DNA from: a virus
DNA length: 64,000 nucleotides
Virus record (IMG/VR): IMGVR_UViG_3300032309_001318
Location: 1-64,000 of that record
Reading direction: 5' to 3' (one strand)
Part shown: positions 36,111-47,056 of the stretch, in pieces
Layout: every line of letters starts with the position of its first letter
How positions within the stretch are numbered: the stretch's first letter is position 1
Made by a program: the position numbers and the translations under genes
The notes under the pieces: generated by a model
The model's database searches: none
What the model was told of the DNA's origin: nothing
Seen by the model: the letters and a program-made list of their open reading frames with translations, nothing else

Positions 36111-37097
36111 ATGGCAGAAGTATACATAAATACTAATTCACCAACATCAACTAAAATACTTTTTGGTGGTGAAATTATAAATTCAGACAATGATTACGTT
36201 ATGGCTACAGTTTATGATATTACAGAAGATCCTGCCGTCACACCATTGGTAAATCCAGAAATGCCAGTTCTTTCTATTCAAGCAACAAAAATAGAAACCG
36301 ATAATGGTTCATACAAAATAAACATCCCATATCACTTAACTAATAGAATAAAGAAATTTAAGGTTAATTGGGGATACCAAATAAATAGTCAATCTCAAAG
36401 CCATGCAACCTATGTCGATGTGGTACAGCCGTATTGCAACCTAGCAGAAGCTATTGAAGATCTGGGTTTTGGAACTGATTCATCTGACCCAAACTATAAA
36501 ACGTATCACGAACTAGTAATGGCAGAAAAGTATGCACGTAAAGTAATAGAAAACTATACTGGCCAAAAGTTTTGTCTATACGATGATGTCCAAGTTGCAT
36601 ATGGTTCGGGATCAGATATACTTCCGCTACCATTTAAATTAAACACATTGCATGAATTATATTCAAATGATATTTTATTAGTAGACACTCTTAATGAAAT
36701 AAATAATTGGAATTATTCAACTCAAATAACAGAATCTGGTTTTGGAATAAGAATTAATCGAGCAGACATGCTGGACAATACAGTGTACACAGCAAATGGA
36801 ATGGTTCCACCATCAATCAATGATCATGGCTCTGGAATTTTTATTAAAGACTACAGGTATCGTGTGCAAGGAAGATATGGATGGGACACCGTACCAGACG
36901 ATATTGAAATAGCATGTATAGAGTTAATGAAAGATTATTTTTCTAAAGACTCTATTTGGAGAGCAAAATACGTAAACAATGTTCAGTCATTTGATTGGAA
37001 GTTTGAGTACAATGCAGAGGCATATCGTGGAACAGGAAATGTATACGTAGACCAAATGCTTCTTCCATATGTATTAACTCAATTAATGGTAATCTGA
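36111..37097 (+). CDS. Head-tail adaptor
   Basis: ARKVIENYTGQKF, GWDTVPDDIEIA, TGNVYVDQMLLPY; synteny. Confidence 0.75.
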   Translation: MAEVYINTNSPTSTKILFGGEIINSDNDYVMATVYDITEDPAVTPLVNPEMPVLSIQATKIETDNGSYKINIPYHLTNRIKKFKVNWGYQINSQSQSHATYVDVVQPYCNLAEAIEDLGFGTDSSDPNYKTYHELVMAEKYARKVIENYTGQKFCLYDDVQVAYGSGSDILPLPFKLNTLHELYSNDILLVDTLNEINNWNYSTQITESGFGIRINRADMLDNTVYTANGMVPPSINDHGSGIFIKDYRYRVQGRYGWDTVPDDIEIACIELMKDYFSKDSIWRAKYVNNVQSFDWKFEYNAEAYRGTGNVYVDQMLLPYVLTQLMVI

Positions 37098-37525
37098 TGT
37101 TTAGAGTAGTAGATGCTTCGTTTTCTATGCTTATGGATGTCTACAAGCAGTCTGACTCTCAAGACGTATCTACTGGGGCAATCAAAAAAGAGTGGAACTA
37201 TATAAAAACAGTTTCTTGTTATGCAAAAGGCGTTATCAGTAACACAGCCACAGCACGAAGTGGTGATAGGCAAGTTCTTGGAACTAAATACGAAAACGTT
37301 CAAGTTATAGAAGTTAGAACAAACTCAAAGCTATCCATTAGAGAAAAAATCACAAATATTAGAACAGGCAATGGGGAGAATATTTGGACAGAATTAGATT
37401 ATCCAAATGATACCCCAACCGTATTTGAAGTAGTAGGAGTAACCCCAATGACAGATCCATTTGGAGATGTGCTTGCATGGAGTGCCGTACTAAAAAGATC
37501 GGAGAATCAGCAAATTGGAATCTAA
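37097..37525 (+). CDS. Head closure (stopper) protein
   Basis: Size, beta-rich, synteny. Confidence 0.6.
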   Translation: MFRVVDASFSMLMDVYKQSDSQDVSTGAIKKEWNYIKTVSCYAKGVISNTATARSGDRQVLGTKYENVQVIEVRTNSKLSIREKITNIRTGNGENIWTELDYPNDTPTVFEVVGVTPMTDPFGDVLAWSAVLKRSENQQIGI

Positions 37526-38303
37526 CGTAATGTTATTACAGGCTGCCTCTGGACTAGAGCGGTTAATGCAGGGTCAACCCAAAGACTCCTTAATTAAAGA
37601 CAGTAATGTAGCGCAAATATCAGCAGCCCTATATTATGAAGCTAATGTTATAGCTAAATTTAGTAACAGCAAAAGATTTAAAAATGCATTTAAGAAAATA
37701 ATCTTTACTCAGATAAATAAAGATTTTGGAGAACATATAGATGCTCAAGCTAGATCAAAGCCAAAATCATTACACCATGTTTATGAGTGGCAAAGGACTG
37801 GAAATAAAAGCGCTAGATTGTTTAAATTAAAAACAATTGATGGCGATGGTATTTCATTTAAGGTAAATTATGAGTTACAGCCATCTAAATCATTTGTCCC
37901 ATCTCCAGAAAATAATAGAAAGCATGTTTTTGTTAATAAAGCGTCCGTGATGGAAGCAGGCATGCCCCTAATAATTGCTCCACGCCATTCTGAGAGGCTA
38001 GTATTTGAATCTAATGGTAGAACAGTCTTTATGCCAATAGGGGCCTCAGTGACCGTTAAAAGGCCAGGAGGACCTAGTGTTAAAAATCAATTTACATTAT
38101 ATTATTCAAGATTCTTTAGTGGTAATTTAGTAAATAACGCTATTAGAAAATCTGGATTTCAACAGATATTTAATTCAGAAATTTCCAAGGCATTAAGAAT
38201 ACCTGCTCCAATTAAAAGAGTTCAATATTCATTCTCTCCAAACTCAATTAGATCTATGGCGGACTCAGCAGTAGAACAATCATTTGGGGGTGCAATAATA
38301 TGA
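37515..38303 (+). CDS. Neck/tail completion protein
   Basis: Synteny; basic; KASVMEAG motif. Confidence 0.55.
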   Translation: MESNVMLLQAASGLERLMQGQPKDSLIKDSNVAQISAALYYEANVIAKFSNSKRFKNAFKKIIFTQINKDFGEHIDAQARSKPKSLHHVYEWQRTGNKSARLFKLKTIDGDGISFKVNYELQPSKSFVPSPENNRKHVFVNKASVMEAGMPLIIAPRHSERLVFESNGRTVFMPIGASVTVKRPGGPSVKNQFTLYYSRFFSGNLVNNAIRKSGFQQIFNSEISKALRIPAPIKRVQYSFSPNSIRSMADSAVEQSFGGAII

Positions 38304-38812
38304 CGGCCAATTATAAATTAGACGCCATGTTTGAAATTAGAAAGTATTTATGGGAAAACCTATGCTCGTATAATGTCTTTGATCCAGAAGAGTATTATAG
38401 CGATTCTCTTGGAGACGTCATAATCCCTATTATTCCAGTTCAACAGTCCCCAGAAATGAATCAATTTTTAAGCGGGAAAAAGCATATTGTATATGACAAG
38501 GTTGGATTATCATATGAAGAAAATTGGCTAATATGTTGTGAGCAAATACTATTTACTGTTTATTCTACAGATGTCTCTGAAATATCAGAAATTCGAAATC
38601 TAATGACAGACCTATTTAGACGTATGGACGACTCTGCTGGAGACATAAATAAATCAGATAACATAAATGATAAATTTAAATTTCATAGTATATTTATAGC
38701 AGATATATCCCCAACGGCACCTTCTCAAGAGCTCCAAGGGTTCCTTTCAGCAGATATAACATTAGAGGTTAAATACTCTAGAATAACAGACCAGGCAGGA
38801 AGATTTCTATAG
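38300..38812 (+). CDS. Tail terminator protein
   Basis: Acidic 170 aa directly before tail tube gene. Confidence 0.6.
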   Translation: MTANYKLDAMFEIRKYLWENLCSYNVFDPEEYYSDSLGDVIIPIIPVQQSPEMNQFLSGKKHIVYDKVGLSYEENWLICCEQILFTVYSTDVSEISEIRNLMTDLFRRMDDSAGDINKSDNINDKFKFHSIFIADISPTAPSQELQGFLSADITLEVKYSRITDQAGRFL

Positions 38813-38919
38813 GTTGCTTTTAGTCAACTTGTTCCGTATAATTGGATACGAGGAAAGAAGCCTAGCCAGCTTGAGTTTAAGATTTAAATATATATATATT
38901 GAAATACAGGAGGTAGTAA

Positions 38920-39582
38920 ATGTCATTTAACAATGCCAAAAATATTCTTGTAGGTGCATCACCACTTTTCATTTCTGAGAAGGACTCAACACAGTCAGGT
39001 TATGTAGTACAAGAACCAGGATCAGTAGCAGCAGCTGCTTTTGCAGCTGGAGTTTCATACACAACAACATTAAACGCTTTAAATGGTTCAAAGTATCGTA
39101 ACGTTGGTTTTACCAACAACGGTCTTCAAATCACTTATAATCCAACATACGATTCAGTAACAGTAGATCAGCTACTTGATACAGCTAAGCTGTTCAAGTC
39201 TGCGATGGAGGTTATGATTGCAACAGAAATGGCCGAAGGAACACTAGAAAACGTTCTAGTAGTTTTCGGACAGGCTGGAGCACCAGCAACATCAGGCACA
39301 GGAAATACAAAGACAGACACAATCGGTCTTGAAGCAGGAGCTCTTGGTATTGCACCAACAGAGCGTCAGCTAATTGCCGTAGGTCAAGCACCTACAGCAG
39401 ATGCCGCATCAGCTGAGCGTATTTACTATGGACGTCGTGTTTTGTCAGTACAACAGTCACAATTTTCTTTGGCTCGTACCCAAGCAACAACATTCCCAGT
39501 AACATTCCGTCTTCTTCCAGATTCAGCATACGCTGGTCAAGAATACGGTAAGATTATTGACCGTACATTAACAGTAGCTTAA
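38920..39582 (+). CDS. Major tail (tube) protein
   Basis: NILVGA...VGFTNNGLQITY...VDQLLD; AGGAGG RBS; terminator follows. Confidence 0.85.
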   Translation: MSFNNAKNILVGASPLFISEKDSTQSGYVVQEPGSVAAAAFAAGVSYTTTLNALNGSKYRNVGFTNNGLQITYNPTYDSVTVDQLLDTAKLFKSAMEVMIATEMAEGTLENVLVVFGQAGAPATSGTGNTKTDTIGLEAGALGIAPTERQLIAVGQAPTADAASAERIYYGRRVLSVQQSQFSLARTQATTFPVTFRLLPDSAYAGQEYGKIIDRTLTVA

Positions 39583-39601
39583 TTTAATTTAATTAAATTA
39601 T

Positions 39602-39635
39602 AGAGACCCCCATTGATTTGGGGGTCTTTCTATTT
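39602..39635 (+). terminator. Intrinsic terminator after tail tube gene
   Basis: AGAGACCCCCA-N6-TGGGGGTCTTT then T-rich. Confidence 0.8.
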
Positions 39636-39688
39636 GTAGTGATAATGCCTATATGTTATAATAATTTAGACAATCCTAGGAGGATAAA

Positions 39689-40021
39689 TTGGCTACAACC
39701 GTATACAATGTAGAAGAAATTGAACTGCAAAATGGTTCAAAGATTAAATTAAAGCCACTGAGCATTAAGGCGCTACGCCTGTTTATGGCAGAGATTCAAA
39801 AAACACAATCGGCAGAAAATGAAGACGAAACATTAACAATTCTAATTAACGCATGTGGAATTGCAATACAGTCACAGTTACCAGATTTGGTAGCAAATAA
39901 AGATTTACTAGAAGAAGCTTTGGACATGCCAACAATCAATCGCATTCTTGACGTTTGCGGAGGGATCAAGCTTGACGACCCAAACCTTCTAGCGGCAGCG
40001 GTTCTGGCTGGTCAGAACTAG
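39689..40021 (+). CDS. Tail assembly chaperone (G)
   Basis: Between tube and tape measure; AGGAGG RBS. Confidence 0.85.
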   Translation: MATTVYNVEEIELQNGSKIKLKPLSIKALRLFMAEIQKTQSAENEDETLTILINACGIAIQSQLPDLVANKDLLEEALDMPTINRILDVCGGIKLDDPNLLAAAVLAGQN

Positions 40022-40347
40022 ATTTAGCCGCTTTGCTAGGAGAAGTTTTTCTTTTAGGTAATTGGAAAAATTACGAAGAACTAGAAGAAAGTCTTTCAAT
40101 GCCAGAGTTAATACAAACATTTAAGTCTATGCAAAAGACTGAAGAAGAAAAAAGAAAATTCTTGGCTTCTTTACAAGGTGTAAACTTAAACGAAGAAGAA
40201 AAAACAGAAGGTCCAACCTTCGAAGATATACAAAGAAGGGCTTTGGGAATAGATGCATCAGGAGATGATGTAGTTTCCTTACAAGGCCCACTTGCAGCAC
40301 AGCAAGGATTTGGTATTGGGGTAGGGTTAGGATACTCTAAGGGGTAG
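39979..40347 (+). CDS. Tail assembly chaperone GT extension, via -1 frameshift at C CCA AAC
   Basis: X XXY YYZ heptamer at 39979-39985; -1 frame open from 39976 to 40347. Confidence 0.8.
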   Translation, partial: PKPSSGSGSGWSELDLAALLGEVFLLGNWKNYEELEESLSMPELIQTFKSMQKTEEEKRKFLASLQGVNLNEEEKTEGPTFEDIQRRALGIDASGDDVVSLQGPLAAQQGFGIGVGLGYSKG

Positions 40348-40357
40348 AATATAGTTA

Positions 40358-43300
40358 ATGGCTGAAGAACAAATAGTAACGAACATAGTTGCTAAATCTG
40401 ATTTTTCAAATCTTATTACAGATCTTAATAAGGTATCTTCAGCCTTAACAGGTTTACAAGACAAACTACAAGCAACCAATAAAACATTAGCAGCGCAAGT
40501 TGCTGTAATGAATAGATCCTTTGCAGAAACAATGCGAAGCACAGGTCAATTCTCAACACACTTTGTTAGCCTAAGTTCAGACGTAGAAAAATTTGGCTCT
40601 CAATTAGATAAAGGCCAGATGAAGCTTGGTAAGTTTTTTCAAACTTATTCACAACACATAAAATCAAACGGTGGATTAATAAGAGATTTAGCAAAACAGC
40701 AAGTACAACTACAAAATTCAGTTCTTCAACCACTGGGCAGAAATGCCGAAGGTATGATGCAATACAATGTTCATATACCAAGAGGCTTAGATGTAGTTAA
40801 AAACAAAACAGCAATAGCCAAGCAAGAATTAATGATTATGAATAAAGTTATTCAAGAAGGTGCTGGGCAATTAATTAACTGGGGTAAAAATACACAGTGG
40901 GCTGGACGTCAATTAACAGTAGGATTAACAGTACCACTTCTAGCATTTGGAAAAGCCTCTGCAGATGCATTTAAAAACGCTGATCAACAACTTGTAAGAT
41001 TAACAAAAGTTTATGGCGGAATTGCAGCAGTTTCATCACAAGAACTTGGCAAAGTAAGGCAAGACGTAATTCAAACCGCAAATGAAATAGCTAAAGCTTA
41101 CGGTAGTTCGTTTACAGATACCATTGCTCTTGCTGCAGACATTGCAGCTACTGGAAAACAGGGAAATGAACTACTTGGTTCAATTAAAGAAACTACTCGC
41201 TTAGCAGTTCTTGGCGAAGTAGATAGACAAGATGCAATGAAAGCAACACTTGCAATTCAAACAGCATTTAAACAAAATACAGAAGAGTTGTCTGAATCAA
41301 TTAACTTTCTTAACGCAGTAGAAAACCAAACTTCAACTACTCTAAACGATTTAGTAGAAGCAATTCCTAAAGCGGGTCCAATTGTTAAAGGTCTTGGTGG
41401 AGACGTAAAAGATCTTGCTCTTTATTTAACTGCAATGAGAGAAGGCGGAATTAATGCTTCAGAAGGAGCAAACGCATTAAAATCTGGTTTAGCTTCTTTA
41501 ATTAATCCAACTAAAGTAGCAAAAGGAATGTTTGAGGGTTTTGGAATATCTTTAACAGATATAGTTCAAAGAAATGCAGGAGACACAACAGCAACTATAT
41601 TAGAGCTACAGTCAGCATTAGAGACATTGAATCCATTACAAAAGCAACAAGCTTTAGAGCAACTGTTTGGAAAATTCCAATTTGCTCGCATGAATGCATT
41701 ATTTGAAAATCTTGGAAAGCAAGGAAGTCAAACTTTACAGGTATTAGATTTAATGAAAGCAAGCTCTCAAGAGCTAGGAAGTTTAGCTGATCGAGAATTA
41801 TTGGCTGTAACAGAATCTGCATCTGGTAAATATCGTAGAGCAATAGAAGGATTAAAAGCAGACCTAGCTGGGGTCGGAGAACAATTCCTAAAAATTAATA
41901 CTTCTTTAATAAAATTTGTTAACGGAATATTGGATTTTGCACAATCTTTACCAAACCCAATTAAACAAGCATTAGGATTTATTGGAATGATTACTGCTGC
42001 ATCTGGTCCATTAATTATGTTAACTGGTGTGCTTGCAAACTTCTTTGGATATATTATTAAAGGAGCTTCACACTTTAGGTCTTTCTTCAAAGGTGGAGAA
42101 GGCTGGAAACTGTTAACTCCAGAAATACTTGCAGCACAAAAAGCTGGTAATTTAGTTGAACAAACATTTTATAGCGATGCAAAAGCCGCTGCTGTATTAA
42201 AACAAGCAATATCATCTTTGTCTGCAGAGTTCGCAACATTAGAACAAAGAGCAATGTCTGCAGCAGTTTCCGTAAACCCAGCAGTTTCAACTGTTGGCGG
42301 AACAACAATAATGGCAGGAAGTGTAAACTCATCACATCCACTTGTTGGAAAACCAGGAACTAGAGCAGCAGCACACCATAATCCAAGATCTGGAATGTCT
42401 CAGTCACAAAGAGACTCACAAACTATTCACTCAGTTACACCAGCACCAATTCCTGTAAATCAAAAAATAGGAGCGGTGCCACAAATATTTATGGGAGACA
42501 ATTTCCCACAATATGAAGGACTAACAACTTCTAAAGGAGTTTCAACTGGAATTGTTGCAGGAGAAGCAGCAAAGTGGCATGCAATGATGGGTTCTTTGTC
42601 TATGATGACAAAACAAGAAGTTGCTGCGCTTAAAAAAGAAATTGCTAGAACTGGAACATTCAGCGCAGAAATAAACAGTACATTTGGTCAACTCCTACCA
42701 GCGATGACAAAACTAACATCGAATGCAGCAACAGAGTCAGCAGCAATTGTTAGACAGCTTCAGTCTGGTAAAATAACAGTAGATGCGGCTCGTACAAAAA
42801 TTATTGCAGTTAATGCTGAACTAGAAAGATTGATGGCTCAAACAACATCACAAGTAGCAGCAGGATTAGGAAGAACTGCAAACTTAACGCAGGTTCCTTT
42901 AATTAATCAGCCTATTGTAAGTAATACTGGAAAATCAAATATTAAAGAAATATTTAGACCAAATAGAAAAGCATCTGGAATTCTTGATAAAATTGCTAAA
43001 ACATTAGGAGTAAGAACCTGGGGTGGCGGATACTCAACAGAAACAACTATTCCAAAAAGATTTAATACAGGCAATATTGTTCCAGGAACAGGCAATACTG
43101 ATACAGTTCCAGCAATGCTTACCCCAGGAGAGTTTGTTGTTAACAAAAAGTCAACACAAGAAAATCTTTCTTTGTTACATGCAATAAATGGTGGTGGAAT
43201 TTCTAATAATGGACAATATAATAAAGGCGGCAAAGTAACTGACAGGATTACTCAGGCACTTCTAAGCCTATTTGGCAAAGCATCGGAATCCCCAACTTCC

Positions 43301-46300
43301 CCACAAAGAGCACACATGGCTCCAGACGAAAAATCTTTATTGATGTGGTCTACAAGAAGAGTAAATCAAAATACTAGAAGCAATACAAAAACAGATTCAT
43401 TGTTTATGACTGGTAACCAAATTGCAGATGACTTTGACTTCTTAATGTCTCAGGGTTTGCACCCTATGGACTTAATTCAAGAATCTGGCATGAAGCTAGG
43501 TTATTCAATAAGTGGATCAGATAAAGATAGAATTTATAAAGATTTTATTTCTAAATTAAGAAACAATCATGGAGGTCAATTATTCGGGGGAAAAAATAAC
43601 ATTCCTTTAGAAGTAGTTGCAGATTCAATACTAAGGCCGCATCTAGAACAGTTTACAAGTTCAAAATCTACCATGCCAAATTATTACGAAGACGTTACGG
43701 ACCTTCAAACAGTTAGAGGATCTACTGCATCTCATCCAAATCGAAGCACAGGATTTATTTCTAGGTCGGGAAGAGCAATTCCTAGAGGAATAAAAAGTAT
43801 TTTATCTACAGCAACTGGAGGAAGCAAAAGATCAAGAATTAATTTTTCATTAAAAAATCTATCTCCAATGTCTAGAAGGCTTCCAATGTTTAGAAACTTA
43901 GGTGGTTCAGTTCCAGGATACAACTTAGGTGGAGTTGTTGGAAACGTATTAAAGGGAACAGCATTTAAAAATGTAGGTGCTAAATTTGGAAAGATTGGCG
44001 ATACCTGGGGTGCTACATCTATGTCACTTGGAATGGGTAAAAAATTATTTGGTAGTTCTGGCTTAACTCCTAAAGCACAAAATTTAATGTATGGAAAACT
44101 TATAGAAAATCTTGAAAAAGAAAGACCATATGGATATGTAAAAGATGCTAGAGGAAGTCTTCAAAGGGCTCTGGAGCCAGATATTGTAGACACACTTCTC
44201 AAATCATCTGCATCAGATGTACTTAGCTCAGGTGGTAAAAGTTTAAGTAAAATTGATAGAGAAATATTAAAGACTAAATTTGCAAATTGGGATTCAAAAT
44301 CATGGACACCATCAACATCTAAAGTAAGAAAACAAATGTTTGGTATGAATAAGGGTGGAATGGTTGGCGGAAGAATTCCAGGAGTCCAGTATTATAATCA
44401 GGGTGGAGGACCAGTATCAGCGTTCACTTCTGGATTAAAAAATCCATATGGCAAAAGTTTAGTTTCTGGCGGAATGAATATTCCACAAATGGGTATGGGC
44501 GCTCAAATGGGAATTGGTATGGGCGGAATGATGGTAGGAAGCATGGTTGGTGGACCTGCTGGTACGGGAATAATGCTAGCGTCTAACATGCTGCCATTAA
44601 TCTCTGGGTTAAAAGGTCTTGGAGGAGTTTTGCCAACTGTTACAAAGCTTGCAGGAGTTCTTGGAAAACTAACAATTCCTGGTGCAGTAATTGGCGGAGC
44701 ATTTATGCTAGGAAAAGCTTTACTGGCTCTTAAGAAAAATTATGAAGATGTAGGTAAAGCAAACAGGTTAGCATTTGGTGGCACTCAGGAATCATTTGCA
44801 TCTGTTGGAATTACTAAATTTAAAACGTTATCAGATAGAATAAAAGAAGTTAATGAGCAAATAGAATTAAATAAAGTTAAAGCCCAATCATCATATGAAC
44901 AGTATACAAAAAATGGACCAACTGGAATCACATTAAGTATAGCCGAATTAAATAAGGCTGTAGAAGAAGCTAAAAAGAATCAAACTGAATACATAGAAGC
45001 ATTTAATAAAATTGATAGTAGCCAGGTAAATAAATATGCTTCTGATCTTAAAGCACAATTTGTTGCTATGGGCCTATCAGCATCAGAAGCGTCTAATAAA
45101 ATATATGCAATGATTAAAGCTTCTGAAAAAGCTGGCCAGTCATTCTCCGCAGTAACAAGCAATGATTTTAGAAGCATAATAGATCAAAGTTCTGCACTAG
45201 CTAAATTATTTGAAAACCTTAGCAAAGCATCGACAGTAAATAACTTTAACCCAGAAGAGTTTGCTACTGGACTAGAAACTTTAATTAATTCGGTAATGGC
45301 ATATCAAGAAGGTTTAATTGGAACAAAAGACGCAGTAAATCCTGAAAAAATAATTAGCGCAGCAGATTCACTTAGAATAACAATGGAAAAAATTGGTAAA
45401 ATAAATAAATCTAATGCCACATTAAATTCAGATCAAGTAAATAAATTAAAAGAGCAGAATGTAATATATGCATCTATTTTAGGAAAAGCAGAGTCTTTAG
45501 CAAGCGTAACAGCGAAAGTATTGCTGTATAACTCAGAACTTGGATCTGTAATAAATCTTTCAAGAATGTCTGGCCAAGAAGCTATAGACCTTACAAGCAA
45601 CCTTTCAGTATTACAAAATGGATTAAATCAAATAACAGAAGATACAAATAAGGGAAATAAAAATCCATTATCATTCTTGGCAGGCGCTATTGCTAGAGCA
45701 ACTACAGCAACAAAAGATTATGCAACATCAATTAAAACTGCTCAAAAACAAGATGCAGATTATTATAGAAATAAAATAAAGGCAATAGATTTAGAAATAA
45801 AGAAAATCAATGAAGCGGCAAATGCTAGGAAAAAGGCTTTACAAGATCAGCAAGATGCTGAGTCATTTGCAACTGAAATTAAAAAGAAGCAAATAGAATA
45901 TCAAGATGCTTTAGCTGCTGGAGACATGTCAAGAGCTGCACAAGCACAGGCAGACATACAGCAATTAACTAAAGAAAAGCAAATTAGATCTGCCATTGCA
46001 GCAATTGATGAAAAAGCAGCAGCAGACATAAAAATAAAAGAAGCACAAAAACAAAAACTGCAAGATGCTGAAGATAAGTTTAATAAGGGAATACAAACAT
46101 CAATGGCTAAATCTGCAGAAACAACTGCAAATTTAACTAAACTAAAAAGCATTAGAGATGAAATCGAAAGACTATCAATCCTAGGGAGAACGCCAGGTGC
46201 CGATAAAGAAGGAATTAAAAAACAAATTGCAGATATTTTAATTGGGTTAAAGACTGGCACAAAAGATGAAAGAAGCATGTACTCCGAATACGAGAAGCAA

Positions 46301-47056
46301 TACGGAGGAGGGGACAGACCTTATAATCAACGAAATCCATTAAGTATGGCTGGAAACCTGCTATCAGCAATGAATTCATCAATTAATTCAAAGGGAGCCT
46401 CAGACTCAACATTCCAATCTGCTGTTACTAAATTTGACGCTGCTGTAAATAAGTTTGCTAATAATGAGCCAATTCAAAAATTTAGAATGGCAAAAGAAGG
46501 AGAATATAATAAAAAGTTTGGGGCATATGATACTGCATATATGACATTTGAAGGCCCTACAGGAGATAAGCAAACTAAATTAATTAGTTCAAAACAATAC
46601 CAGCAAACGTTTGATAGTATGATTAAAAATAAATATGTATTCTTAGGATACTCTCAAACAAATAGCACAGGCGCAGCTCAGGGTGCAACTGATCGTGGGG
46701 ATAAAGGATTTCAAGTTAAAAAAGCATACGGAGGATTTGTTTCTGGTCCAGGTACATCAACGTCAGACTCTATTCCAGCAATGCTTTCAAACGGAGAGTA
46801 TGTAATAAATGCTGATTCAGTTAAAAAGTATGGAGTCCAAACATTTGAAGCATTTAATAATAAAAAATATGCAATGGGCGGATACGTACAAAGAACTCCT
46901 TATGCCGAAGGCGGGTTAGCAAAGTCATCTAACTCTTTATATAATATTAATGTTACACTTAACGGATCAGATCTTGATGCAAATGATGTAGCAAGAGCAA
47001 TTCATAGAGAAATGAAAATGCGTGAGATAGCCTCTGGAAGGAGTAGAACATTATGA
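40358..47056 (+). CDS. Tape measure protein, 2232 aa
   Basis: Longest ORF, after chaperones; TP901-like core; PG..DTVPAML.PGEFVV motif twice. Confidence 0.95.
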   Translation: MAEEQIVTNIVAKSDFSNLITDLNKVSSALTGLQDKLQATNKTLAAQVAVMNRSFAETMRSTGQFSTHFVSLSSDVEKFGSQLDKGQMKLGKFFQTYSQHIKSNGGLIRDLAKQQVQLQNSVLQPLGRNAEGMMQYNVHIPRGLDVVKNKTAIAKQELMIMNKVIQEGAGQLINWGKNTQWAGRQLTVGLTVPLLAFGKASADAFKNADQQLVRLTKVYGGIAAVSSQELGKVRQDVIQTANEIAKAYGSSFTDTIALAADIAATGKQGNELLGSIKETTRLAVLGEVDRQDAMKATLAIQTAFKQNTEELSESINFLNAVENQTSTTLNDLVEAIPKAGPIVKGLGGDVKDLALYLTAMREGGINASEGANALKSGLASLINPTKVAKGMFEGFGISLTDIVQRNAGDTTATILELQSALETLNPLQKQQALEQLFGKFQFARMNALFENLGKQGSQTLQVLDLMKASSQELGSLADRELLAVTESASGKYRRAIEGLKADLAGVGEQFLKINTSLIKFVNGILDFAQSLPNPIKQALGFIGMITAASGPLIMLTGVLANFFGYIIKGASHFRSFFKGGEGWKLLTPEILAAQKAGNLVEQTFYSDAKAAAVLKQAISSLSAEFATLEQRAMSAAVSVNPAVSTVGGTTIMAGSVNSSHPLVGKPGTRAAAHHNPRSGMSQSQRDSQTIHSVTPAPIPVNQKIGAVPQIFMGDNFPQYEGLTTSKGVSTGIVAGEAAKWHAMMGSLSMMTKQEVAALKKEIARTGTFSAEINSTFGQLLPAMTKLTSNAATESAAIVRQLQSGKITVDAARTKIIAVNAELERLMAQTTSQVAAGLGRTANLTQVPLINQPIVSNTGKSNIKEIFRPNRKASGILDKIAKTLGVRTWGGGYSTETTIPKRFNTGNIVPGTGNTDTVPAMLTPGEFVVNKKSTQENLSLLHAINGGGISNNGQYNKGGKVTDRITQALLSLFGKASESPTSPQRAHMAPDEKSLLMWSTRRVNQNTRSNTKTDSLFMTGNQIADDFDFLMSQGLHPMDLIQESGMKLGYSISGSDKDRIYKDFISKLRNNHGGQLFGGKNNIPLEVVADSILRPHLEQFTSSKSTMPNYYEDVTDLQTVRGSTASHPNRSTGFISRSGRAIPRGIKSILSTATGGSKRSRINFSLKNLSPMSRRLPMFRNLGGSVPGYNLGGVVGNVLKGTAFKNVGAKFGKIGDTWGATSMSLGMGKKLFGSSGLTPKAQNLMYGKLIENLEKERPYGYVKDARGSLQRALEPDIVDTLLKSSASDVLSSGGKSLSKIDREILKTKFANWDSKSWTPSTSKVRKQMFGMNKGGMVGGRIPGVQYYNQGGGPVSAFTSGLKNPYGKSLVSGGMNIPQMGMGAQMGIGMGGMMVGSMVGGPAGTGIMLASNMLPLISGLKGLGGVLPTVTKLAGVLGKLTIPGAVIGGAFMLGKALLALKKNYEDVGKANRLAFGGTQESFASVGITKFKTLSDRIKEVNEQIELNKVKAQSSYEQYTKNGPTGITLSIAELNKAVEEAKKNQTEYIEAFNKIDSSQVNKYASDLKAQFVAMGLSASEASNKIYAMIKASEKAGQSFSAVTSNDFRSIIDQSSALAKLFENLSKASTVNNFNPEEFATGLETLINSVMAYQEGLIGTKDAVNPEKIISAADSLRITMEKIGKINKSNATLNSDQVNKLKEQNVIYASILGKAESLASVTAKVLLYNSELGSVINLSRMSGQEAIDLTSNLSVLQNGLNQITEDTNKGNKNPLSFLAGAIARATTATKDYATSIKTAQKQDADYYRNKIKAIDLEIKKINEAANARKKALQDQQDAESFATEIKKKQIEYQDALAAGDMSRAAQAQADIQQLTKEKQIRSAIAAIDEKAAADIKIKEAQKQKLQDAEDKFNKGIQTSMAKSAETTANLTKLKSIRDEIERLSILGRTPGADKEGIKKQIADILIGLKTGTKDERSMYSEYEKQYGGGDRPYNQRNPLSMAGNLLSAMNSSINSKGASDSTFQSAVTKFDAAVNKFANNEPIQKFRMAKEGEYNKKFGAYDTAYMTFEGPTGDKQTKLISSKQYQQTFDSMIKNKYVFLGYSQTNSTGAAQGATDRGDKGFQVKKAYGGFVSGPGTSTSDSIPAMLSNGEYVINADSVKKYGVQTFEAFNNKKYAMGGYVQRTPYAEGGLAKSSNSLYNINVTLNGSDLDANDVARAIHREMKMREIASGRSRTL

